From NCBI GenBank assembly GCA_023213395.1, contig CM041465.1, positions 224,509,741 to 224,573,740 of the forward strand: 64,000 bases of DNA, given 5' to 3'. Source of the stretch: Cycas panzhihuaensis. Its lineage: Eukaryota > Plantae > Cycadophyta. The position numbers and the translations under genes are program-made. Positions 51,660 through 64,000 of the stretch are shown piece by piece (the stretch's first letter is position 1; each line of letters begins with the position of its first letter). Under the pieces are notes generated by a model that was not told the DNA's origin, did no database searches, and was given only the letters and a program-made list of their open reading frames with translations.

Positions 51660-53341
51660 ATGGCAGCGCAATCCAGAACCTCAGAGGAAAAAATTGAAGG
51701 CGCATCAAAATTAAACCAGAGCATAAAGGCTTTAACAACCTTAATCCAGGAGTTACTAGCAAAAGCAGATCAAGCAACACAGAATGTGTCGGGTGGAGAA
51801 GTGGATAACAGCAATGCATCAGGAATAGATCAGATAGATAGTTGGAATAATCAGGAAAACCAGGGGAATAGATTTGATGGATGAGTTTATGAAAGGAGAA
51901 CTTCTAACATGGATAATGGATGGAAAGAAGCAAGATTATCCTTGGAAAAATTTGATCCCGAAGGATCCAAGAATATCACAAATTGGATCTTATAAATGGA
52001 GAACTATTTTAGGGTCTATAACTCAACAGCTAAGGAAAAGATGGAAATAGCATCCTTACACTTAAATGGAAGGGCATTAAGGTGGTACTTTTGGTGGCAA
52101 AAGATCAATTTACCAATACAACAGGCTTGGGAGAATCTAAGAGGAGGATTAATAGAGCAATATGACGATTCTTGGAACACAGATTATTTTGCTTAGTTAA
52201 CACGATTACATCAATAAGGAATAGTCCAAGAATATACAGAACAATTTCAAACACTACAATGTATGGTCTCAGAAAAAATACCGCAGGAATGTTTACTAGA
52301 GACTTATATTAGTGGATTGAAAAATCAGATCAAATTTAGAGTTAAAGCAGTAGATCCACCTCAACTCCAAGTAGTAATTTGGATAGCAAGAAATGTAGAA
52401 GCAGAACTCAGAGATAGTAGACCAACATATACAAGGAAATATGAGCCACCATCATATCAGATACAGAATCCTAATTGGGAAAAATCAAGAACAAAGGCAT
52501 ATCCTCCGTTAGCTATAAGAAATACAGGAGAAAGCTCAGGAACAACAAAAGAGGAACATATAAGGAAAGGGACGTGCTTCAAGTGTGGAGGGAAATAGAA
52601 TAAGGAATACCAATGCTTGGTAAAGAAGGTTTTCATGATCAATAATGAGGATGCTGAAATACCAGAAGAAGCAGAGGAAGAAGTAGAACAAGACTAGAGC
52701 ATAGAAAGGGAGGAAGATGAACTTATGGAAGTGGATACAGGGAATGTCCAAATCTCATTGCAGGCCATTACAGGGCAACAGGTATCCCCACAAACCCTAA
52801 GATTCCAAGGACAAATCAAGGGAACACTAGTATCAATTTTGGTTGATAGTGGGAGTACACATAATTTTATAAACAAGGCATCAACAGAAAAATTGGGATT
52901 ACAAGTGAAACCCCTCAACACCTTGCAGGTGTCAATGGAAATTGGGAGAACAATGCCATGTGGAAGATACTGCAAAGATACAACTCTCCCGATTAATGAT
53001 TACAACGTCACAACTTGTATGTTTGCCATGCCTATAGGTGGAGTGGATGCAGTTTTGGGGATTCAATGGCTACAAATGCTGGGAAACATCGTTACCAACT
53101 ATATGACAAGATTTATGTGTTTTCGACAAAAGGGATGCAAATATCGACTACAAGCCCCAACCACACCTCTAGTTCAACTTGTATCATCTCATAGGATGGA
53201 AAAAATTCTAAAGAAGAATCTGTAGGCATATATAATGTCATGTTACAAAATAGAAATAGAAGACATTACCCCAGAGATTCAGACAATCTTAGAAAAACAT
53301 CAGAGAGTTTTTGAAGAACCCAAAGGACTGCCATCGAAAAG
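51660..53341 (+). pseudogene. Chromovirus gag and protease
   Basis: MENYF...IASLHLNGRALRWY gag; CFKCGGK knuckle remnant; ILVDSGSTHNFI and VLGIQWL protease. Confidence 0.93.
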
Positions 53342-56300
53342 TGTTGAGAATACAAGGTCCCAAACCTTAAACCGCCACAAGATCTGAACTATTTTACAAC
53401 TAGTTACAGGAATCGAAACTAAGATTTAACATGCAAGTTCTAAAATCAAAGATAATACAATAACATCAATATAAAAGCCAAACATCACATATGCACCTGA
53501 TATAACGTGGTAAAACCCTAGCAGTGTGCTAGGGAAACATCCACACAGGAAAGGTATCGATCTTATTGCTATAGAATGAAGATAAAGTACATCTCAGTAG
53601 CAGAGTGCTCTTAGGAACAACAACCAGCCGCCGCCCTCATCACAGTACATTACATTACATACAACATAATAAGAAAAGCCCTAAATCGAGCTACATGAGA
53701 GCGACATCCAAGGCATAAATCTCAGTCGTAGAATTTAGGGTATTTGTATCGAACGACCCTGATTCTCTTTACAATTTAATATGGTTTCTGTGGCTAATTT
53801 TGGCCTGGGCTATCGCCCCTGAACCCCCTCTTAGCGGGGGGCGTTTGATGCCCTCCGCACCCCCTGGCCAAGGGGGGCTCTCGCCCCCCTTGGAACCCCC
53901 CAAGAAAGATTGGGGGGGAAACCGCACCGCTAAAATGCCAAAATTTTAGCCTCAAACTATTGTTGTCACAATATCCAACAATCTCCACCTTGACAACAAT
54001 TTACCTGGTACCTTTCCTGGACCCTTCATCGTCTTTTCTGCAAGCCAAGAGAAGTCAAACACCATTTGAACTTCTCTAATGGTACTAGTTTTGTGAACAT
54101 ATCAACACAATTCTGATTTGTGTGAATCTTCTCAAGTGCCACTCCACCTGCTTCCACAACTTGTCTAACAAAATGGTACTTAAGAGTAATATGCTTTGTT
54201 CTACTGTGATAAGCTGGATTCTTGGCTAAGCAAATGGCACTTTGACTGTCACAAAATACCTTTACATTTTCCTGTCTCCTTCCAAGCTCAACCAATAGAC
54301 CTCAGAATCGGATCGCTTCTTTACAAGCATGTGCTGCAGCAACATATTCAGCTTCCGTAGTTGACAGCGCAATTGTGCTCTGCAATTTGGGACATCCAAT
54401 TGACTGGACCATTTGCAAGAGTGAAAACATAACATGAAGTAGACCTTCTTTTGTCTAAATCTCCTGCAAAGTCTGAATCAACATATTCACAAACTTGATT
54501 ACCTGTACCTCTAAAGGTGATGCAGTAGTCACTTGTGCCTGTCAAATACCGAAGCACCCATTTCACTACAGCCCAATGTTCGTTTCCTGGATTTGCCATA
54601 AACCTGCTAACTACACCGACTGCATGTGAAATATCAGGTCTTGTACATACCATGGCATACATCAAACTTCCCTCTTGACCGGCATAAGGCACACGAGACA
54701 TATAAACCTTTTCTTCTTCACTACTAGGACTCATATTCGAAGAAAGCTTGAAGTGGGAAGCCAATGGGATACTCACTGGTTTCACATTTGCCATACCAAA
54801 CCTGGTTAGCACCTTCTCCATATATTTACTGCGTGATAACCATAGCTTACCATTTTTCCCTGCCTCTGTATCTCCATGCCTAAGATTTGTTTTGCAGCTC
54901 TTAGATCCTTCATATCAAAAGTCCTAGCCAATTGATCCTTTAGCTCATTGATTTCTTCCATGCTCTTGCTTGCAACCAGCATGTCATCAACATATAATAC
55001 CAAGATAATGAATAAGCCATTGTCCATAAATTTAAAGTAAACACAATGATCATACTCATTTCTTTTGAAATTTTGGCTCTCCATGAAGGCATCAAACTTC
55101 TTGTACCACTGCCTGGGTGATTGCTTGAGCCATACAATGATTTCCACGAGCACGCAAACAAGTCTTTTCCTGCCATCTTGTACAAACCCTTCTGGTTGAT
55201 CGATATAGATCTCCTCATCTAAATCTCCATGTAGAAAAGCTGTTTTTACATCTAACTGCTCCAACTCCAAATCGAGAAAAGCTACCAATGCTAACAACAC
55301 TCGAATTGAAACAAGTTTGATAACTGGTGAAAAGATCTTATGAAAGTCAATACCTGCTTTCTGAGCAAAACCTTTAGCCACTAGTCTTGCCCTCTATCTA
55401 TCAACCTTTCCATCAACATCTATTTTTTTTTTGAAAACCCACCTGTAACCAACAGTCTTGCTGCCATGTGGAAGTTCTACCAAGTTCCATGAATTATTTT
55501 TCTTCAAAGCATCTATCTCTTCCTGCATAGCCCTTTTCCACTTCTCACCATGGATATCATCTACTGCTTCCTGATAACATGTGGGCTCACCATCATTAGA
55601 AACCAAAGCAATAGAAATAGAAGGGTCAGACTGCTAGGTGGATGACTAACTCATGTAGATCTTCTAACTATTGGCAGAGGAGTGCCCACATACTCTTGTG
55701 AATCAGCTGCTGATTCATCTTCAGAAAGATCTTCCTGCTCTTCTGATTCCACAGATGGCTGCATTTGAAACTTAACTTGTTGATGTTCAGCTTGCTGCTC
55801 CTGTTTTATTTCAACTTCTCCACTATCTGATTTTACAAGGGGAGATTCATCAAATACAACATCTTTGTTAATGGTGATTTTGTGGGCAGTAGGATCCCAC
55901 ATCCTGTATCCCTTCACACCATCCTTATCACCATAACCAACAAAGATACATTTCTTGGATTTTGGGTCTAACTTTGAACGTTTACTTTTATTAGTCTAGG
56001 CATAAGCATCACAACCAAAAACTCTCAAATTTGAATAGTCACATGGATGTCCAGTCCATACCTCTTCAGGAATCTTGCAGTCTATTGCAAGTGATGGTGA
56101 CCTATTTACCAGATAGCAAGATGTTTGAACAGCTTCCGCCCACAAGCCCTGTTCCAGTCCAGCATTACTCAGCATGCTTCTTGCTATTTCCAAGAGTGTC
56201 CTATTCATGCGCTCAACAATGCCATTTTGTTGTGGAGTATAGCTAGTGGTCTTGTGTCTTTCGATCCCAGCTTGTCTGCAATAGTTCTTAAACTCCAAGG

Positions 56301-58661
56301 AGTTGAACTCACCTCCATTGTCAGTTCTTAAACATTTGATTGTCTTACCATTGTTGTTCTCAACTAGAGCCTTGAACTGCTTAAACACACTAAACACTTC
56401 AGATTTCCTTTTCAAAAAATAGACCCATACCTTGCTGGAGTAATCATCTATAAATGTGACAAAGTACAATGATCCTCCACAAGATATTTTAGGGGCTGGT
56501 CCCCACACATCTGAATATATGTAATCCAGAACGCCTTTACTAGTCTGACTTCCTACTTTAAACCTAAGTCTACACTGTTTTCCAAAAACACAATGTTTAC
56601 AGAAAGCTAAATCTAAAAGTTGTAAGTCAGGAAGTAACTTACGGTTTATCAGCACCTTAAGTCCTCTCTTACTCATGTGCCCAAGTCTCTGATGCCATAA
56701 CTGAGCTGGATCTTCTGCAATCTTTGATTCTGTAGCTGCTTGGCTAACATTTGTACTTCCCACTAAAATGTAAAGATTTCCTTTCTTTAAGGCTTTCATA
56801 ACAACCAAGGTGCCCTTTGACACCTTTAGGACTTTTTCATGACCTGTATGCTTAAAACCACCCGAATCTAGTTCACCCAAGGAAATCAGATTCCTTTTCA
56901 GATCAGGTACATGTCTAACCTCAGTTAATGTTCTGACTACCCCATCTAACATCTTAATTCTGATGCTACCAATGCCCACTGTCTTACAAGAAACTTCATT
57001 TCCCATAAGTACATCGCCACCATCAAGAGGTTGGTATGATGAGAACCAACTCGTGTGGACACGTGGTGCGAAGCACCTGAATCTAATAACCAGTCATGGT
57101 GATAATGAGAAACATTACAAGCGACCAAGACATCATCATCCATACCTTGATTTGACTCCACCTGATTCGCCTCCTTGACAGGATCTTCCTTTTTCTGGAA
57201 CTCCTTCCTTTTGTAGCAATCCTTCTTGAGGTGACCAGTCTTATTACAATGCCAACACCTGAGCTTACTCTTTTTGCTCTTTGACTTGGACCTCGATGTA
57301 TCCCTGGTGTTTTGTCCCCTCTCAAACGTTCTACCCCTTACGGTCATAGCTTCTGGTGTGGAGGTTTCAAGACTAGATTTCCTCCGCACTTCTTCCATTA
57401 GCAAAGCACTCACAACAGAATCATAATCCAATACATCTGTAGTGCTAAAACTAATTGAGGTGACAATATTATCCCAGGATTCAGGTAATGAGCATAACAA
57501 GGTAACAACCTTGTCCTCATCCTCAATTTTAACATCGATATTAGTCAACTGACAAATAAGAGTATTGAAAACATTTAAATGGTCAGCAATTTTTGTACCT
57601 TCCTTCATCCGTAACGAGTACAGTTGCCTCTTCAGGTAGATTCAATTCGTTACTGATTTGGTCATATACAAGCCTTCTAACCGGGTCCATAATCCTGCTG
57701 CTGTCTCCTCCCCTGCGATGTTAAACAAGACTTCATCTGCCAAGCACAATCGTATTGTGCTAAGTGCCTTTTTGTCTAAGTCATCCCATTCATCATCGTC
57801 CATCCTTGCGGGTTTCTTCGATTTACCTGCAAGGGCTTTGTATAAACCCTGCTGTACAAGAATATCATGCGCTTTTAGCTTCCACAACTCGAAGTTGTTC
57901 TTGCCATTGAATTTTTCCACCTCGAACTTTGCACTTGCTAGTTTTGCCATTTGGTGTAGAAAAGTCGACACCAAAACCTTCACACTCGCTGCAAAAAAAA
58001 GTGGCTCTGATACCACTTGTTGAGAATACAAGGTCCCAAACCTTAAACCGCCACAAGATTTGAACTATTTTGCAACTAGTTACAGGAATCGAAACTAAGA
58101 TTTAACATGCAAGTTCTAAAATCAAATATAATACAATAACATCAATATAAAAGCCAAACATCACATATGCACCCGATATAACGTGGTAAAACCCTAGTAG
58201 TGTGCTAGGGAAACATCCACACAGGAAAGGTATCGATCTTATTGCTGTAGAATGAAGATAAAGTACATCTCAGTAGCAGAGTGCTCTTAGGAACAACAGC
58301 CAGCCACCGCCCTCATCACAGTACATTACATTACATACAACATAATAAGAAAAGCCCTAAATCGGGCTACATGAGAGGGACATCCAAGGCACAAATCTCA
58401 GCCGTAGAATCTAGGGTATTTGTATCGAACGACCCTGATTCTCTTTACAATTTAATATGGTTTACAGGGCTAATTTTTCGAGTTGGGGGCTATCGCACCT
58501 GAACCCCCTCTTAGCGGGGGGCGTTCCACAACCCCCGCACCCCCCAGCCAAGGTGGGCTCCCACCCCCCTTGGAACTCCCCGAGAAAGATTAGGGGGGGA
58601 AACCGCACTGCTAAAATGCCAAAATTTTAGCCTCAAACTATTGTTGTCACAATATCCAACA
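53342..58661 (-). mobile_element. Full-length Ty1/copia (Tnt1/Tork-like) nested between protease and RT of the chromovirus
   Basis: LTRs 53342-53980 and 58018-58661; TSD AAAAG (53337-53341, 58662-58666); canonical PBS tggtatcagagc (58004-58015, minus); reverse PPT atctccacctt 53981-53991. Confidence 0.97.
54026..57950 (-). pseudogene. Copia gag-pol with several stops and frameshifts
   Basis: MAKLASAKFEVEKFNGKNNFELWKLK; CWHCNKTGHLKKDC; WLLDSGASHH; CLRTDNGGEF; LYVDDML; YHSRTKHI. Confidence 0.96.
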
Positions 58662-58666
58662 AAAAG

Positions 58667-61382
58667 GGAATTAGAACATGCAATAGACCTTATCCCCAAA
58701 GCAATACCAGTCAACATTCCTCCATATAGACATACTTATCATCTCAGGAAGGAAATTAAAAAAATCACACAAGAACTATTACTCCAAGATGTAGTGGTGA
58801 AAAGCACGAGTCCATTCGCCTCTCCCGCGGTGGTCAGTCTAAAGAAGGACGGATCTTACAGAATGTGTGGATTATCATGGCCTGAATAAATTGACTATAA
58901 AGAATTGGTATCCTATCCCAAGGTTTGAAAATTTGTTAGATGAGTTACATGGAGCCCGATACTTTTCAAAGATAGATTTGCACTTAGGATACCACCAAAT
59001 AAGGGTCAAAGAAGAAGATGTTTACAAAACTGCATTCAGAACGCATGAAGAGTTGTTTGAATTCAGGGTTATGCCTTTCGGCTTAACAAATGCTCTAGGT
59101 ACTTTCCAAAGCACAATGAATTCAATATTAAAACATGTTCTGAGAAAATTCGTACTGGTTTTCTTTGGCGATATCCTGATCTACAGCAAAACATGGGAAG
59201 AACATATGGAACATATAAAGGTAGTTTTGCTCATACTTGAAAAAGCGCAACTGTTTACAAATAAGAAAAAGTGTTCTTTCACAAAAGAGGAATTAGAGTA
59301 TCTGGGCCACATTATCACATGCGAAGGAATCAAAATTGATCCAAAAAAGATCCAGGCAATTGTAAACTGGCCAACCCTGAAGAATGTCATAGGAGTAAGA
59401 TGTTTTTTGGGCACAACGGGATTTCTGAGAAAGTTCATAAAAGGGTATGCACGCATAGCATCGCCACTAACAGACCTGTCCAAAAAGGATGCGTTCAGAT
59501 GGAATTTAGGAGCAGAAGGAGCGTTTCAAGAATTAAAACAAGTAATGATTAAAGCTCTAGTATTGGTCTCACCGAATTTCACTCAACCATTCACATTGGA
59601 ATGTGATGCTTCAGGTTTTGGAATAGGAGCAGTTCTATTGCAGGGAGGAAGGCCTATATCTTATGAAAGTCGGAAGCTGAATGATAGGGAAAAAATGAAA
59701 CCAATATATGACAAAGAGATGCTGGCCATTATGCACGCAATACACCAATGGAGGCAATATTTATTAGGGAGCAGATTTGTGGTCAGAATTGATCATGACA
59801 GCCGCAAGTACTTTCTGAATCAAAAGGCGTTATCCGATGAGCAACAAAAGTGGGTCAGTAAGTTGCAGGCTTTCGACTTCACCATTGAATACAAAAAAGG
59901 AAAAGAAAACGTAACAGCAGATGCTCTATCCAGACTACCAGAGGAAGGAAAGATTGAAGCATCAGCTAATTCAATGACAATAGCAACTCCAAAATGGACA
60001 ATAGAGTTGGCAAAGGAATATGAAGACGATAAGATATCACAAGAAATAAGACAAAAGATCAGAGAAAGAAAAGTAGTGCAGTTCACGGAACAAGGAGAGT
60101 TAATTCTAAGGAAAGGAAAAATATTTATTCCAAAGACAAGTAAATTAAAAGAAGCACTACTTCAAGAAGCTCACTCAACTTCGAGTTCATGACATTCAGG
60201 GATGGATAAGACTTATAGAAGGCTTCGAAGCTTGTTTTACTGGAAAGGGTTGAAATCTGACGTCCTCTAGTTTGTATCAGAATGTGATACATGTCAAAGG
60301 AATAAGACTGAATCTGTGAAGACCCCTGGGTTGCTACAACCCCTTTCCATTCCCCATAAAAAATGGGAAGAAATTTCTATAGATTTTATTACAGGTCTTC
60401 CGCATTCAGAAGGAAGAAATGCAATTTTTGTAGTGGTAGACAGATTAACTAAATACACCCATTTCGGGGGAACTCAGACAGGAGCAAAAGCAAGCCAAAT
60501 AGTAGAATTATATATGAAAGAAATTCACAGACTACATGGCTTTCCAAAAGTTATAGTCAACGACAGGGATCCCAAATTCACAAGTCACTTCGGCACTAGC
60601 CTGCATATGAGCTCAAAGATACCGCCCGCATGATGGCCGATGAAATAGTTAATAAATGTGTGGAGGGATACTTAAGAAACTTCGCATTAGATAAACAGAC
60701 GCAATGGCATCGATGGCTCCATCTGGCAGAATGGTGGTATAACACCACATACCACGTAGCGGCAAAAATTTCACCATTTCAATCACTATAAGGGTATGAA
60801 CCTCCATCACTCTTGAATTGGCTAAATACATCTAAAGTGCAAACAATCCAAGAAAACCTGCAACAAATGCAAGAAACAATTCGAATACTAAAGAATAATT
60901 TGGAGATGGCGAAGAATAGGATGAAGCAACAAGCAGATAGAAAGAGATCTGAACGGAGTTTTGAGATAGGAGAATGGGTATTCTTAAGACTCCAACCCTA
61001 CAAACAGATGTCGATGAAACAAAATAATTGACATAAATTATCACCAAGATTCTTTGGACCATATCAGATTGAGGAACGCACAGGGGAAGTGGCATATCAG
61101 TTAAAACTACCACCAGAAAGCAAAATCCATAATATCTTCCACGTGTTTTGTTTGAAGAAAAAGTTGGGTGAAAAGGAGGCTCCAAAAACAAATTTACCAA
61201 CACTTGATGAAGAAGGAATGATGATAGTGGAATCTGAGGGGATATTGAAGACTAGGGACAAGAATTTGCGATCCAGGATAATAAAAGAATATCTCATCAA
61301 ATGGAAGACATTGGGGCTTGAAGATGCAACATGGGAGTCTGAGGAATGGATGCAGAAAAATGGGCCCTTACCAATGCTTTGA
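58667..61382 (+). pseudogene. Chromovirus RT, RNase H, integrase and chromodomain
   Basis: YFSKIDL, VMPFGLTNA, LECDASGFGIG, WEEISIDFITGLP, LRLQPYKQ, EYLIKWK...EDATWE; frame resumes right after the AAAAG TSD. Confidence 0.95.
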
Positions 61383-63354
61383 GGGCAAAGCATGTTTTGA
61401 AGGGGAGGGACTTGTAATATTCTAAAATTTAGTCAAAACTATGTTACATAACCATTCAAATTGAAGGCTTCTGAATAAGGATTCCAACAGTTCAGACGAA
61501 AGTCAATTCCGATATCTCTGTCAAAAGTTATGACCGTTTAAAGTTAGCGTGCCAGTTTTGGAGAAGTTCTGGCCGACTTCTATTTAAGCAGTATTAAGGA
61601 TAATATCACCCACTCTGGCCGACTTCTAATTGAAGTATTTTAATCTCTATATAAAGAGGAAGTTTGGGCCACATCTCAAACCATCTTTGGAGGTTCTTTT
61701 GGGTGCCTATTTTCAGGTTTAGGGCTGCAGTTAACTCGCCCATTTGGGGGTTGCAGTTTGGAGGGTTCCTCTCCTCGAAGAGGGAAGCTCACTTCTTCAG
61801 GAAAGATTGGTATTTTGTTGTAATTTCGCTCTATTTTGGTATTATTTGACAATAAAGATTATTATTTACTTTTGTGAATTTCGTAATTCTTGTTCCTTGT
61901 TCGTTTTCTTGTTGAATAGCATCTAGTTATTGTTTTTTGTGGATTATTACTTGTATTTTTGAGGAAAATTGCTATAAAAGTAGAACTAGATCGCTATAGA
62001 GTACATGTTACAGGATGGAAAATTGACCCTCAGATTAACCCCCATTTTTAAAGTCCCCATAAAATTAAAGAGAAATTTAAAAATCATAAATGAAAAGTTA
62101 GTAGTTAAGGTTAGAAAGCTTAAAGAGGTGTCGCATAGTTCTTAAGATATCATCCAAATGAAGTCATTATGAAGAATTGTGCATAGGAGATGACCTCTCA
62201 TTGGTGCATGAGGAGGCAAGTTTCTTAGTCCATCTTTCTCGTAAGTCAAGTTCTCTCATATAAAACCTCATAAGTAGAAGAGGAAAGAACACATTATAGT
62301 GTTAACAGGGGAGATATCGTTGGAGTAGAGAGCTAAGGAGAGATAAGGACAAATGACTTCACTCTAATACTTCATCAAATAATTCCTCTACTAGTGAATG
62401 TACAATTGAACTTTGCAAGACAACAAGCTAAGACATTTATCATTTCAATCAAGTTTACTTTCAAGAATTAAATGCTATTTTATATTATTAGATCTTTGTT
62501 CTTCCTCTAACACAGAGATAATTGAGTTTTGGCCCAAAGGCCCCCTCTAAAAAATACATAAAAGTGTTTCTTAGACGAAGAAGTGATCCCCTAAGTGGTT
62601 GTACAAATTGTATGACCCTACTATAGTTGTATGGATGCCAACAATATTGTATAGGTTTGTACCATAGTGAAACAAGGGTTTAAGAAGCTATTTCTATGAT
62701 GGCATAGTTTACTGGTTAGAATTAGTTCTAACTATTTACATGAAGATTTGAAAGTGAAAACACAATGAAAGTACATTTGAATCCACTGTATGCCTATACA
62801 CATACTACTATACAATCTGGGGCAGTTACATATCCTATAACAACAATTAATGCTTTAATAAATGAAGTAAAATAGAAAATATGAAGTGTTGTAAACTTAG
62901 CATTTGCATGCGTAAACAGTTGTAAAATATGATGGAATTTTAGGGATAGTTGGAGTACAAATGTATACATAGTACTGTATGGTCACTTTTAGCAAACCAT
63001 ACAAATTGCTTCATATTTGCATTTAATGATTACAAACTTTGATTTTTTGAGTGTTAGGAAAAATGCATCAACATGCAACTTAGTTTTTGATATAAATAAA
63101 TGGTAAATCATAGTAAGATAGATCGAATCTGGTAGTGCCACAACATTGTACTGCATGGATTGATGTATATATAATCCATATAACTACATTTTTAGTAGCA
63201 TTTAATCTCCGAACCCTAGCAATATTGATAACAGGTATAGTGGTTATATTATCAACAAAAACAACTATAGTGAATCCTCATTGGCTTGAACAATTGCTGG
63301 TGGTAACAACTGCTACTCTAGCTATAGCGACATTGCTATTGTAGAGGAATAATT

Positions 63355-64000
63355 TGTTGAGATATAATGTTTTATCTAGGATAGAAAGGGGGGTCATGTT
63401 AGACCCACCCATAAATGTACTCATGAGATAATGCCACTTGGCAGAGTCTGAGTGATCGGTTACATTAGGAGGTTGTAACCATCACATAACTCTTGTGTAT
63501 TAAAGCAAATTGAATCTCAATAGAAACACGAACATTCTTTCCTCTCACAACTTTTGCTCTGGTTTTCAACATGGTATCGAGGTGCTCGTTAACTGATCTT
63601 TTTCTTCCGTAAATTCTTCCACAATTATCTCATCAAGGGTGCAAGAGAAGATAAAAGCGTTGAAGCGATTTTTAAAGTTAAAGACCACAGATTTCTTCGA
63701 TTATGCGGAACCGTGCGGACTGTCTGGAATTGTACGGACGGCAAAATTTCAAAGTACTCAGTTAGGCGAAAATTTGTGGGGAGGTAGATCTGAAGGCAGG
63801 AGCATACTTTTCTTCCGGAGCGAGTCCGTCGAGGTCGTTTTGAGCCAAAAAGCCCCCGAACCGGTCCAGCGTTTTCAAGGGATTCTCTCAAAAATCTCAT
63901 CGATTTGCAAGTAAATTGGGTAAAATCATCCCAAATCTTACGTAGAGACAAGATTCAAGTTTGCAACTCAAATCGAAGGATTTAATTCGGTAATTTTTCG
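63355..64000 (+). mobile_element. 5' LTR (63355-63571) and leader of another short-LTR element, cut by the window end
   Basis: tgttgagatataatgttttatc...tggttttcaaca resembles the LTR ends at 1905 and 13064-13274; followed by PBS-like tggtatcg at 63572. Confidence 0.75.

Larger units (their letters stand above)
50942..61998 (+). mobile_element. Full-length chromoviral Ty3/gypsy (Reina-like), interrupted by a copia
   Basis: LTRs 50942-51525 and 61413-61998 (roughly 6-7% different); TSD GAGTA (50937-50941, 61999-62003); PBS tggtatcaaagc 51528-51539; PPT gaaggggaggga; order gag-PR-RT-RH-INT-chromodomain. Confidence 0.96.
50541..62605 (+). mobile_element. Older ~1-kb 3' LTR (50541-50941 plus 62004 to about 62605) split by the chromovirus insertion
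   Basis: PPT-like gggggaggg 50532-50540 directly before tgttca; the resumed sequence has tataaaa near 62259 and ends ttgtaca. No partner LTR seen. Confidence 0.45.

Noticed and set aside
45686-64000. Further PARP2 exons (catalytic domain), and upstream exons in 1-10056
   Set aside because: No matching peptide with splice sites was found by eye; they are presumed outside the window, though a very short exon could have been missed.

Overview
Eukaryotic plant genomic DNA, AT-rich, with no prokaryotic features. The very long, retroelement-filled introns and the heavy CG/CHG C-to-T decay suggest a large-genome lineage such as a gymnosperm; this is inference and the species cannot be determined. 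One host gene crosses the whole window on the + strand: five internal exons of PARP2 (poly(ADP-ribose) polymerase 2; WGR domain and start of the regulatory domain) at 10057-10138, 43719-43954, 44161-44290, 44592-44647 and 45612-45685. It has a 33,580-bp intron inside the WGR domain and flanking introns of >10 kb and >18 kb. Most of the rest is a nested set of about 12 decayed LTR retrotransposons (Ty1/copia, chromoviral Ty3/gypsy and non-chromoviral Athila/Tat-like). For seven of them both LTRs and the target-site duplication could be read directly. Best leads: (1) a relic ~473-codon extra ORF of unrecognised type in the env-like position of an Athila/Tat-like element, missed by the ORF track; (2) a non-autonomous gag+protease-only element with a CRM-like protease, CHHC knuckle and apparent 4-bp TSD; (3) the same CAG (CHG) site mutated in 6 of 7 readable tRNA-Met primer-binding sites; (4) a PARP2 intron with tandem in-frame splice sites at both ends; (5) palindrome and hairpin arrays in several LTRs. 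I found nothing I can honestly call a new multi-gene system. Lineage names come from motif recognition, not database searches, and difference counts were made by eye.
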